Shown: positions 37,953 through 51,395 of the stretch, piece after piece
How the letters are laid out: every line of letters starts with the position of its first letter
How positions within the stretch are numbered: the stretch's first letter is position 1
From: Octopus sinensis
Lineage: Eukaryota
Length of the DNA: 64,000 nucleotides
Direction of reading: 5' to 3'
Assembly (NCBI RefSeq): GCF_006345805.1
Contig: NC_042999.1
Coordinates: 151,342,001 to 151,406,000 of the forward strand
The notes under the pieces: model-generated
What the model was told of the DNA's origin: nothing
The model's database searches: none
Seen by the model: only the letters and a program-made list of their open reading frames with translations
Position numbers and translations under genes: made by a program

Positions 37953-38108
37953 ATGAAGAACCTTAAATTATTACACTGTTCCCAGACTGAGGAACTGAAG
38001 TCATTCTTAAAGGACACAATTTGTATTACAACTGACTGTGACACAGGACATGTTTTCTGTGCAACAAAGCATGGGGATCTTGTACAAATAGATTCCAATC
38101 AGAACAAG
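37953..38108 (+). CDS. ELP1: ELP1 first coding exon (acceptor at 37947-37948, so a 5'UTR exon lies upstream)
   Basis: ttttgtag|TAAC ATG; [52 protein letters not shown]|gtaact. Confidence 0.9.
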
Positions 38109-41100
38109 GTAACTTTTATTTCTCAATTTTGATTTTGTGTATGTGTGTGTGTGTCAGAAAGAAATTTTCTTTTATTGCCAAACCTTTATTGAAAAACTCA
38201 AATAAATACAGCTGTACGTCCTCACGAATGAAACATCCCCAGTACTAAACAGGAGATATACATAGAAGGTAGTGATACCCCAATACCCACTGTTTAACCC
38301 TTTCATTACTGTATTTATTTTGAGATGCTGTATGTTTCTTTCAGTTACTTTAAATACAACAAAGAATTTAGTAAAATAACTTAGTTATCATTCAGCTAGT
38401 GTTAGGAACATAAATTGTGACTAAGGTTTAGTGGAAGATTTTAATTCAGAACTTATGAAAACAAGACATTTGTACTCAGAGCCAGAAGCAGTTTCAGCCA
38501 GGTTGGTATCAAAAGGGTTAAGAATTGTTTCTCTATTATATATTTTGCCAGTACCACCTGACTGGCCCTCGTGCCAGTGGCACGTAAAAGCACCCACTAC
38601 ACTCTCAGTGTGGTTGGCGTTAGGAAGGGCATGCAGCTGTAGAAATTCTGCCAGATCAGATTGGAGCCTGGTGCAGCCATCTGATTTGCCAGTCCTCAGT
38701 CAAATCGTCCAACCCATGCCAGCATGGAAAGTGGACGTTAAACGATGATGATGATGATGATTGTGATTTGATTTTGATTTTACTTGACTTATTAGGTCTC
38801 CGATGTTATATTGGTGCCATGTGAAAAGCACCCTTACACTAGTGCTGCACCCATGCTGGCACCACATAAAAAGTACCTGGTAAACTATGTAAAAGTGGTT
38901 GGCATTAGGAAAGGCATCCAGTTATAGAAACCATGCCAAGACAGTTGGAGCCTGGACAGCTGTCAAACCATCCAGCATGCAAAATGGATGTTAAATGATG
39001 ATGATATACATACATATGAATGTACACACATGGAAAAACACATATGTCAGGGTGTAGTGGTTTTGGAGTGAAAAGGGCCAAATCAAAGAAGGTGAGATGG
39101 AATAGGAAAAGAGAGGAGGATAAATAAAAGGGTCTTTTTTTTTAAATTATTAATTATTCTTGTTCCTGTTCTATTTCAGTTCCTTAATGCTGTGAACCTG
39201 GTTTGTGAAGGCCACCTGTCTAACGAACAAAGTGTTACCTATTTACAACACCTGCCAGAACAACAAAGTGTGAGTGCTGTCACAAACAGTGGAAGTATTC
39301 TTTTATGGTTTTACCTGGAACAACTTGTAAGTTAATCATTTGCTATGCTTCTGTTTTCATTTTGACTGTTAAGTGATAGGAAATATTGATCTAATCAGCT
39401 TCTATTTGTGGATGATCTAATCAATAGGAAATTGTAAACTCGAGCAAGAGGTTTTAAAGCAAAATTCACCATCATCTCTCTCACTATTGTTCTCCTTATC
39501 TTACTCTCTAACTCTCTCCTTTCTTTTTCAACTGGATTATCCCTATTTCTACATCAAGACACCTATCTTTGTCGTTCTAGACCTTTAATCTCTCAACTAG
39601 TACAAAGCCATCCACACCTCAATACTACCCCTCCCCTCTCTTTTGAGGGGTTTCTGCTTTTCTTTTGTCTCTTTGTCTTGCAAGGTACTTGGTGACTCTG
39701 CCGGTGATAGTGCCACATGAAAAGCACCACTGCTGGTGCCCTGTAAAAAGCACTGGTCCTGGTGCTGCATGAAAAGCACCCAGTACACTCTGTAAAGTGA
39801 TTGATACTAGGAAGGGCATCCAGCTGTAGAAACCTTGCCAAAACAGACCATGGAGCCCGGTATGGCTCCTGGTCTTGCCAGCTCCTGTCAAACCTTCCAA
39901 CCCATGCCAGCATGGAAAATGGATGTTAAATGATGATGATTGGTGAGAAAAATGACAAAGAATTAAAACTGATGGCCATTGTATAGTGGGGGAAAACTCA
40001 ATGTTGCTATGAACACCATCAGAAGCAGCTGTTTTGTTTTAATGCCCATTTTTCTATGATTGGCTGGGTCAGACAGAATACATTGAGGTAGATTTTCTAT
40101 AACCAGATTCCCTTCCTTTTGACAGCCCTCACCTGTTTCCTAGTTGGGTAATATTTCTCTATGGCCAGACATGTTTTTCCACAGAAGACTGGAAATGAAA
40201 GAATCTGCCTGTATGGCAGTGATGCTTATTTATAAAGATCCCCTGATGTCAAGCCAGAAAATCTCAAAAACACACATGGTTCATTGTCATTCCATCTGTC
40301 ACCGAATGGTGACCATCTCAGTGCTGTATTTGCATACCATTAGTATGTTTGTTGCTGGACATGTTCAGCCATTCATACTCTGCATTCTGTTATCATCTTG
40401 GAGTCTTCACAATGATGTTCCTCTTAAATTTATTCTTTCTCACAGGTTGAATGTGTTGGTGATGTTGAAGATGGCATTATTGGTTCTGCTTGGAGTCCTG
40501 ACCAAGAACTGTTAGTTGTTATTTCAGGTATCTAATACAACATTTCTTCCATCATTCTTTCATTGAATGTCTGTCTTTCTGTACTTGCATAGGTTGGATG
40601 GGTACTCAGTGGAGCGAAGTAATTTTATGGTTGGGTGCTCTTTCTATCACCAACCCTTGGAGTTACTACTTTGAGAGTGAAGAGCTTTAGGACAGAATGT
40701 TTACTGAGAATGTTAACACATTTTTTTTTGTTTTGTTTTGTTTATCTTGTCTCATGTGCAAAGTAAAAATGACAGCCTTCATATGTGTGCACCACCACAC
40801 ACACAAACACACACACACATGTAATGGACTTCCAGACAACTTCAGTCAATCACTTTCACTCCCAAAGCATTGTTCAACTCAAAGCAATAATAGAAGACAC
40901 TTGCCTGAGGCACTGGACATTGAGATTGAACTTGAGACCATGTAGTAGTAAAGTGAACTTCTTAATCAGCCAGATATGTCTGTACCTAATTATTCTGTTC
41001 AATTAATTTTATTTTTTACCTTAGTTGTTACCTTATTGGTAAAGTGTAGGCTGTCCTTGCCTGTCACCCAACCTGTTGGGGCTGCAGAACATTCACAGTA

Positions 41101-44100
41101 ATTCCAAAGTGAAGGTTTGGAATAAGTATCCCACCATAAATTTCTTTCAACAATTTTTTTGAATAGAACACATACGAGACTTAAAAAGTCTATATTTGTT
41201 CTCAGAATCTCCGTGACTTGTTCTGATACTCTAAGCATTCATAACTGGCACCCCATTGGTTATGATGATCTGGGTTCTGGTCGATCCGATCGTCAGAACA
41301 GCCTGCTTGGGAAATTAATGCATAAGTGGCTGAGCACTCCACAGACATGCATATCCTTAATGTAATTCTCAGGGAGATTCAGCATTACACTGACTGTGAC
41401 AGGGTGGGCCCTTTGAATTACAGGTACTACTCATTTTTGCCAGCTGAGTGGACTGGAGCAATGTGAAAGAAAGCGTCTTTGTCAAGGGCAGTGTGCTACT
41501 GGGAATCGAACTCTCAATCTTAAACTAAATACCCTAACCACTAAGCTACACACCTTCACAAGCATGCATAGAGGAATGGAATAATTATTTTCAAAATGAA
41601 ATTTCTTGGCCCAAGAGAAGATACTCTGAACTTTCCCACATTTTTTCTCATTTCTTTCAAAATATTCTGCACGGTATTTACAAGACAAACTCCTTCTGAC
41701 AAATTGTAGTCATAACATTGTGATAATTTATTTGATGCATCAAAAATTTTCAAAATACCTTCAAGAAGAATGGCAATAAAAATAAATTTGCGGTTTATAA
41801 TCTGTTTCAAAATAGCAGTTTCCTCAGTTTTTATGCCTTTCCCACATCCTGAAGCACAATAGGTAAATCTAGCAGTAGCAGTTACTAAATACCCTGATCA
41901 CCATTGTTCCAGTAAGCACTTCAGATGTGTACCTTTGTATGCAGTAAACAAACTTGGTCTGCAAAGAAAGTTTTATAAATAGCTTTACACACTCCCCAAA
42001 ACAATTTAACACCTCTAGTTTCTTCAATCTCATTAACCACAACCAAATGTGATTGGTGATTGAAGCAATGCATATCCAGAATTTCCTTTCCAATTTTCTG
42101 TTATTTCTTGGATGCCACTGGCGCAGCCAGACATTGCTGAGGCAAGGCATCATCATAGTACTGAGATAAAATGTTTTCCCGTATTAGTCCAACATCATCA
42201 AAGCTTTGAATAATAACATTAACCAAACTTTCAACCTTTGAGTCTTTGGTCATTGTTAAAGTGATCTAAATTTCTTTCACCCCCCCCCCACACACACACA
42301 TACTTTTACAAACCTCACAATGAACAGAAATAATTTCAGTATTTGGAGGATCTCTATAATTGCTCTGTTGAATTCAAGTTATTTTATTTTACTTAGAAGT
42401 TGTTTTTTTTTATTTTTATTTTTTAGGCTCTAATTCTTTGATTTTAATGACCAGAGATTTTGATCTTCTGCAAGAAACAGCATTACATCCAGATACATTT
42501 GGTGAAGGTAATTATGTTCTATGTTAAATTAATTGTTGTATTGTGGGTGGTGGGTGGCAGAGTCTGTAAGGTGGCCATGTGATATTCAATTACATAGCCA
42601 TCATATCCAGGATTCAAATTCTACTCAAGTTGGTTAACTTGGTTTTTTTCCAAGGTCAATAAGTACTGGCATCAATATAACCAGCAGTGTCCCAGCATGG
42701 TCACAGCCACTGACCAACATGAATTAAAAAATGGACTAAGGAAATATAATTTGATCAAATAATTAAAGTATAAGAAATATTTTAAAATGCCTGATTTATA
42801 TATTTTTCCCCTTAATTGCTTTACACTTTAGCTCTCAAGTTTTCGTCCATCATTAAAAAATATAGTTTTGTGCTCATCATCATTCTGGCATGGGTTAGAC
42901 AGTATGACAGGATCTGATTAACCTGAGGACTGCATTGTGCTTTTGTTTGCTTTAGCATGGTTTCTATGGCTGGATGCCCATCCTAACACCTGCCACTTCA
43001 CAGAGTGTATTGGGTGCTTTTTGCATGTCACCATCACCAGTGAAGTTGCTATGCATCTTGCACCCAACAAATAACGTGAGTTCATGGCTGTTTCCTGCAC
43101 CAGCTTCACATAAAAGCCCCAGCCCATCCAAAGTGCCTTGGATCGCAGGACGGCCTGCTGTGCTTACCTTGGACCGTAGGGTAACCTGCTGTGCTTGAGG
43201 AAACCTATTGAGTCAAGTACATCGACATCAAAAAAATCAAATGGAAATTGTAGTTGTGATACCTGTGCCAGTGGCACGTAAAAAGCACCATCTGTACATG
43301 GCCGATGCCAGCGCCGCACTGACTGGCTTCCGTGGCGGTGGCACGTAAAAAGCACCAACCGATCGTGGACGTTGCCATCCTCCCTTGGGACCTGTGCCGG
43401 TGGCACGTAAAACGCACCTACTACGCTCACGGAGAGGTTGGCGTTAGGAAGGGCATCAAGCTGTAGAAACACTGCCAGATCAGACTGGAGCCTGGTGCAG
43501 CCTCCTGTCTTCCCAGACCCCGGTCGAACCATCCAACCCATTGCTAGCATGGAAAATGGACGTTAAACGATGATGATGATGATGATACATAGCAGAGTGC
43601 CTGTGCCGTCAATAATGACAATTGGTGTTTTACTAAGCTCTGTGATAGTTACAACATTTAGGCTTGTATTTATGAATATTCAATGTTTTCCAATTGGAAG
43701 TGTCATTCAATGATGTAAATGATGAAAATTGCTAATGAGAGTATGAGAATGTAAATAGAAACCCCAAAATAAGAGATACACAAAATTTTATTTAACTCCC
43801 CAAATATTATACAGGTTTTATTACTCAATATGTACAAAATATTGCAGTTATTGATTCATTTGTTATTCTACATTGTTATTTTCTACACTAAATGTCGTAC
43901 CTAATTTCATAAGCGTTGCATATGTGTATGTATTCAAAACTGCCGAAATATATGCATATGTATACACTGGTACATGATTCCACAAACAGGTTTCTCACAT
44001 TTTTCAAGTGACTGCAGGTTTAGTTTATGCAAAAGCTGTGCATTTACAACATATTTGACATACTCTTTGCAAATAAATTTGATGCACAGCGATAAATGAG

Positions 44101-46505
44101 AAAAATAAGTTGATTATTTTTGAGCTTTATAATGAGTTGTATGTGTGTTACAACAATATAATTTAAATCTGTGAAATTTATATTTTGTTTCAATACAAAA
44201 GCATTATATATATCATCATCAGTTAGCATCTGCTTTCCATGATGGCATGGATTAGATGGTTTGACTGGAACTAGTAAGCCAGAGAGCTGCACCAGGTTCT
44301 AGTCTGATTTGGCATGGTTTCTATGGCTGGATGCCCTTCCTAATGCCAACCATTCTGAAAGTGTAATGGGTGTTATTTATGTGCCACTGGCATGGGTATC
44401 ATCCACATGACACCAGCATTGACCATGACTACGATTTCACTTGGCTTGATGGGTCTTCTCAAGCTCAGCATATCGCCAAGGTCTTGGTCACTAGTCATTG
44501 TCTCCATGAGGCCCAAAGTTTGAAGACCATGCTTCACCACCTTGTCCCATATTTTCCTGGTCTACCTCTTCCACAGGTTCCCTTCACAGAGATTGGCACT
44601 TCTTTATGCAGCTGTGATCATCCATACACATCACATGACCATACCAGTGCAGTCATCTCTCTTGCACACCACATCTGATGCCTCTTATGCCCAACTTTTC
44701 TCTCATGGTGCTCACACTCTGTCATACATGCACACTGACATTGCACATCCAGTGAAGCATTCTAGCTTCATTTCTTTCAAGTCTGTGCATGTCTTCAGTG
44801 GTCACAGCCTATGTTTCACTGCTGTGTATCATGACTGTTCACACACAGGCATCATACACACACACACATATATAAGGAAAAGAATCTGAAAATGCAGGAG
44901 TCTTTTAAAAGTATTTATAAACCTAACCGGTTTCACTTATTTAAAATGATTTTCAAAAGGCTTTGTGTAGCCTTTGTGGTGTCAAAAATTAGTTTACATA
45001 AATGCATTCAAATCAAGTGATAGAGTCTTTGATTATGATAATAAAAAGTTTTAGGCTTTATGTATTGTCTGTGATGAGTCAAAAAACAGTTTACATAAAA
45101 ACATTCAGATCGGGGAATAAAAAGTTTTAACAATGATAAGAAAATAAAAGTTAGCTTACATAAATATATCGAAATCTAGTAATAGAGTCTTTGACAAGAA
45201 GATAAATAGTGTTTGGTTTGTCAATCAGTGGGTGCTAAAGTGTTAGTCTTACTGATGGTTTCTGATTACAGTGAGACTAATACTTTAGCACCCACTGATT
45301 GACAAACCAAACACCATTTATTTTCTTGTCAAAGGCTCTATTACTTGATTTGGATATATTTATTTAAACTAATTTTTACCTTCTTATCATTGTGAAACAT
45401 TTTATTCCCTGATCTGAATGTTTTTATGTAAACTATTTTTTGATTTGTCACAGAGGATACACAAAGCCTTATACTTTATTTTTGAAAATCTTTTTAAATT
45501 AGTGAAACCGGTTAGGTTAATAAATACTTTTAAAAGACTCCTGCATTTTCAGATTCTTTTCCTTATATTTTTACTTGTGCAGTAACCCCAATTTTAATTT
45601 GTTGTGTGTGTATATACATAAAATGTATTGCATATATGCATAGAAATCCAGTCGTGCAGTGTAGTGAAAAGGCTTAAGCTGAATGCATGAAATCTCTCTG
45701 TAAGTTGAATATACAAGTTAATAGTGGAATATATGTAGTAGAATAATTAATAGTGGAATTAATTTGCATATGCAAATTCATATATTGTATTAAATATATC
45801 TTGACACATAGTGTACTGTATATATTGATTAGATTTACCAATGAGAAAAAAGAGAAAATTAATTTAATCATCAGAATTTATGAATATAAAAACATTAGTC
45901 AAGCATTATGAGACAAAGAAGACAGCGGAATGAACTTTCAAGTACAAAATATAAACAGAACAACTGCAGCCAGTAAGTAGAGCCTGTGTCAGATAATTTA
46001 GAAAGTAAACCACATAAAGGGGTACAACTTCCACAACTTGAATGGGTTGTATACACAAAACATTATGTATATAAAAATACAATTAACATACATACATATA
46101 TATATACTCTTTTACTCTCTCTTTTACTTGTTTCAGTCATTTGACTGCGGCCATGCTGGAGCACTGCCTTTGGTCGAGCAACTCGACCCCGGGACTTATT
46201 CTTTGTAAGCCCAGTACTTATTGTATCGGTCTCTTTTGCTGAACTGCTAAGTGACAGGGACATGAACACACCAGCATCGGTTGTCAAGCAATGCTAGGGG
46301 GACAAACACAGACACACACACACATATATATATATACATATATACGACGGGCTTCTTTCAGTTTCCGCCTACCAAATCCACTCACAAGGCTTTGGTCGGC
46401 CTGAGGCTATAGTAGAAGACACTTGCCCAAGGTGCCATGCAGTGGGACTGAACCTGGAACCATGTGGTTGGTTAGCAAGCTACTTACCACACTGCCACTC
46501 CTGCA

Positions 46506-46540
<35 letters not shown>

Positions 46541-49500
46541 TTTTAATTGTAATTATAAATTTTATTCTCTAGCTATTGAATGCTATTATTACTTGCTATA
46601 TTTTTACACCTATATTTTTGTTGTTGTTATTATCTAAATTTACCGCTGATAATTATAACAATAAAATTATCTTTGTGGGTATTTGTTTGAATATTCACTC
46701 CTTATATATATATAATATATAGATAGATAGATATTTTTCTTTATTAGCCAAGCAGGGCTGAACACAGGGGGGACAATACAATGTAGAACTTTTCTTTTTG
46801 AAAGAATGAAAGAAAAAAAAAGAAAAATATGATCAAAGGGGATTGAAAGCATTTGGGACGTGTAAACAGCAAAATAAGGCAGGGTAAAAATGTAAAACAG
46901 ATTAGGTTTATCCATGGAAAGAAAAGCCTATGAAAAAGACCACAGTAACCTCAGGCAGGGAAAGTAATACATGAGAGCAAAGCGCTCTCTCTCTTTTGGA
47001 TTTTCAGGATCATTCTTAAAGTTGTTTCATCATATACGCGTACCATCTTTGCTACATTCACCCACTTTTTATCAAAACTTTTATGAGACAAAACTTCCCT
47101 CTTTATTCTCACCTTCTTTTTCAAGTGGTACTTGAAAAAGTTGATGAGTGATTGGCCAGAGAGGAAAGTGTTTGTCTCTAAACATTTCACACAAGTCAAC
47201 CACACACATTCTTTCACCATAGCCACCAGTACAATGAAAACTGCCTTGCCTTCCCAGTTAAGGGAAGGTGGCGGGGCAATATTCATGATAGACTCAGCCG
47301 ATAACTGAATTCGTCCTACACATGACAGCAGCTGTTTGACATAAGTCCACAGGTCTAAAATGGTTGGAAACTGCATGAGTGCATACAGAACGGTTTCATC
47401 GCTCTGACCGCATCCTGGGCAAGTCGGTCCAGTGTATCTCGAACTGTACCTGTAGAGCTTATCCCAAACGAACAATACTTCCCGATAGCACTGCCAGGCC
47501 AGGGATCTCTGGTTATTGTCCATAGGCCCCGACCCAAAAGTTGTCCCCATTGATGCCCAGATTCTCCCTAAGAACATTATCACACCTCCCCTCCACTAAT
47601 CCTCTATAGAACTCCTTTGTGAAATTGAAGTTGCACAAGTTTCATCCCAGATGGCAGAGTTACTTGAAAACAAGGCAGCATTTGCAGTGCCATTCGGCAG
47701 CTGATGATGGGAATCCACATTTATTATGCTTGATTGTGAATTTCTTATGTCTAAGTGTCATTATTTTGAGTTGTATTCATTCTGGTAAAGTGGAAAATGT
47801 TTGTGGGGATCACTTTCATATTGGTTGGTTTGTCTTCATAGGTTATCTTATTAGGCATAGATAATTCTTAAGTATTGGTGTCTAATTTTGAGAGGTCCTG
47901 TGATATATATTTCTATACGTAAAATGCATTTTTCATATTAATTATTTTCTTTTAGCTGAATTCATAAACGTTGGCTGGGGTAAGAAAGAAACACAGTTCC
48001 ATGGAACCGAAGGTAAAGAAGCAGCCAAGAAGAAATCTGAGGTTAAGATCCTTTCTTTAGATAATTTCTTAAGTTTCATGTTTCTCTTCTGATATTTTAC
48101 TACAGCTTCTTTTGTTATTCCTTCATGTACAACAATTTATCTTTTTTATTTTTTATTTAAGCCAGCCCAGCCAGCCCTAGAATGGGATGATATGAAGGCC
48201 TATATTAGTTGGCGTGGAGATGGCCAATACTTTGTGACTTCTACCATACATCAAGGTATTGAATTTTTTATATTTCTGAAAAAGTGGCGAGCTGGCAGAA
48301 ACATTAGCACGTCGGGCGAAATGCTTAGCGGTATTTTGTCTGCCGCTACGTTCTGAGTTCAAATTACGCTGAGGTCGATTTTGCCTTTCATCCTTTCGGG
48401 GTCGATAAATTAAGTACCAGTGACGCACTGGGGTCGATATAATCGACTTAACCCATTTGTCCGTCCTTGTTTGTCCACTTTGTGTTTAGCCCCTTGTGGG
48501 CAGTAAAGAAATGGGTATTTTGTCTGTCTTTACATTCTGAGTTCAAATTCCACCTTTTATCCTTTCAAGGTCGATTAAATAAGTACCAGTTATGCACTGG
48601 GGTTGATGTAATTGACTTAATCTCTTTGTCTGTCCTTGTTTGTCCCCTCTGTGAGCAATAAAGAAATAAATATTTCTGAAATATAATGTTATGTTATTAT
48701 AAATATATTTGATCAACTTTACTGTTACAAATATTTTAATTTACACCATTTGTTGTGGTTAAGAAGCTCATTTTGTAACTCAGATAATCTGAGATAAACT
48801 GTGAGGTTTCGTGCCTTAAGAGGAGCACAACTCATAACTACTTGTATTTTCAATAAGTTGAAGGAGAAAGTAAATTCCTTAATTAAATTATATTCTACTT
48901 CACTTAATATCGGTGCCAGTATGGTTGCATGATTAAGAAGTATGCCTTGCAATCAGCAACCATATAGTTTGGTTGTAAAGTGGGCTCCTCTCACTGGTGT
49001 GATGTCTGACGGCTGTTGTACTGTAGTTGCTGTTTTATGCTAGTAACTACAATAGTTACTAGTCATCGGATACCGTTGTATCTCTTCATACCGGAATAGT
49101 AATACACTAACTTCTTCTGTCTTACTATCTCTGATAACTCCACAAGACACTGACTTGAACTGTCGACACTCATCTCATCAACTCTCGACCCTCTCTTGAC
49201 GACCGGCTACTAGTCTATTTATAATGGTTAACTCCTACCACTTTTTACCGAGAGGAGTGTACAATTTCACTATACAAGTTTCAAGTTCAGTCCCACTGTG
49301 CAGAATCTTGAACAAATGTCTTCTACTATATCGCTGGGCCAACCAAAGTAGATTTGGTAGATAGAAGCTGAGAAAAGCCTGATCACTATGTGTTTGTGTC
49401 TCCTTGTCATAACATTATGCAATAGTTGTAAACAATCATCAGTGCCATAAAAGTGGTGACGTTTATTTACAATCTTCTGTGTAAATTTATCTAACCATTG

Positions 49501-51356
49501 TGCTGTTTAATTGTGAAGGATTAGGGGAAATATCTTGCTTGAAAACAGGTAAGGATTGGTGACAGGAAGTGTATCCAGGTGGTGGTGGTGGTGATATATC
49601 TGGTATATTTTTTTTCTTTTTGTTCTCTTAGGTTATCGTCAGCTCAGAGTTTGGACAAGAGAGGCTGTTCTTCATTCCACCAGTGAGTTAGTAGTTGGTC
49701 AAGAAAAAGAGGTTGCTTGGAAGTAAGATTCTTTTTCTCTGTTTTTTTTTTTTTTTGCTGTGCTGATAGGTTTTATAAAATAGAGATGTGTGAGGTGACG
49801 TTGTTTGATAAGAGGAGGACTGAGGATTTGATGGAAAGCTGGGATTAGAGGAATTGGTGGAATGGTTGGCAAGGGCAAATGGAGTGGGGTGGTATGCACA
49901 TGTGTTGAAGAGGGATGAAGAGCATGTTCTGAGGAGGGTGATTGTGTTTGAGGTAAATGGAGCGTGAAAGGACTTATCCATTCTATACTTCATACAAACC
50001 TCTTCTTATCTTTTCCTTTCGTTTCAGACCTACTGGCAGTTTAATTGTTAGTTCTCAGGTCAAGCCAAATAAACATGATATTATATTCTTTGAACAGAAT
50101 GGTTTACAACATGGGGAGTTCACTTTACCTTTTGATGTTCAAACCACACAGGTATCTATTTCAGTTTAGCCTATTAATTTTTTAAAGCTATTTACTTGTT
50201 TTAGCTGTGATTTTTTTTTGCTTTATTTTTATTAATTGTAACCTTTATTTGATTTATTTTAATGATTTGATACCAACCCAGCTGAGACACATGTGGCTCT
50301 GTGATACAAACTTTCCATTTTAAAGTGTTCTAAATTAAAATCTTCCATAAAAATTTCATGTTAATAATTAACTGAAATAAAAGCAGTGTATTTCAACTGA
50401 AGTATGGTAATGAAAGGGTCAAACAGTTGCTATTTAGAAGGGACACTAATACATACATACATCTACTTGAATATATATAAATACAGGTGTGCATGCTTTT
50501 TTGAGGCTTTTTCATAGCTGGATTTTCTATGGAGAGCATGTCCTTGCTTACCCCCAACCTTAGTTTCTAAACATGAGTGGTCCTGAGACCAAGGCCTCTA
50601 CCATGATTTTTAAGAAATGTGGTGGATGCTGGGGTTGGAAGAATCAGTGGAACGGCTGGCAAGGGTGAGTGGAGTGTGATGGTATGGGCATGTGTTGAGG
50701 AGGGATGAGGAGCATGTTCTGAAGTGGGTGCTAGAGTTTAAGGTAAATGGACGGCGAAAGCAAGGTAGACTGAGGCAAATGTGGAGGAGGAGGTTGGGAG
50801 GGAGGATGCCCAAAACCGGGCAAGATGGTGTGGGAGCAGTTGCTATGGCACTGAGGAGATCCAGCCACCCCTGTTAGCAGAGACAAAACCTGGATTCAAA
50901 ATGATGGATGGTTGGACAGTTGTGCATGCTTCCCAACCATGTGGTTTCAGGTTCACTTCCATTGCACAGTATCTTGGGTATGTGACTTCTATAGTCCTGG
51001 GTCAACCAGATCCTTATGAGTGGATTTGGTAGACAGAAACTGAAAGAAGCTCTGTGTGTGTGTGTGAGTGTATACCTTGTGACATCACACGAGTGTTATA
51101 AATGAGCATCACCATCATACAATCAAGGTAGTTTGTTTCCAGTCTTCCACTAAAAACAGGGCGATGAGGAAATATATTACTTTACTTACGGGTGAGGTTT
51201 GGCAACAGGAATGGCATTCTGTAGAAAATCTGCCTCAACATATTCCATCCAAACCATGCAAACCTGGGAAAGTCAATGTTAAAACAATAAGACACATACA
51301 AACACATATATATAGGTACACACACACATATACAGAGACTCATATACATGTATGTA

Positions 51357-51395
<39 letters not shown>

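Noticed and set aside
40528-50160. GTATCT donors (40528, 50152) as possible U12-type introns
   Set aside because: They do not match GTATCCTT, and no U12 branch point was seen.
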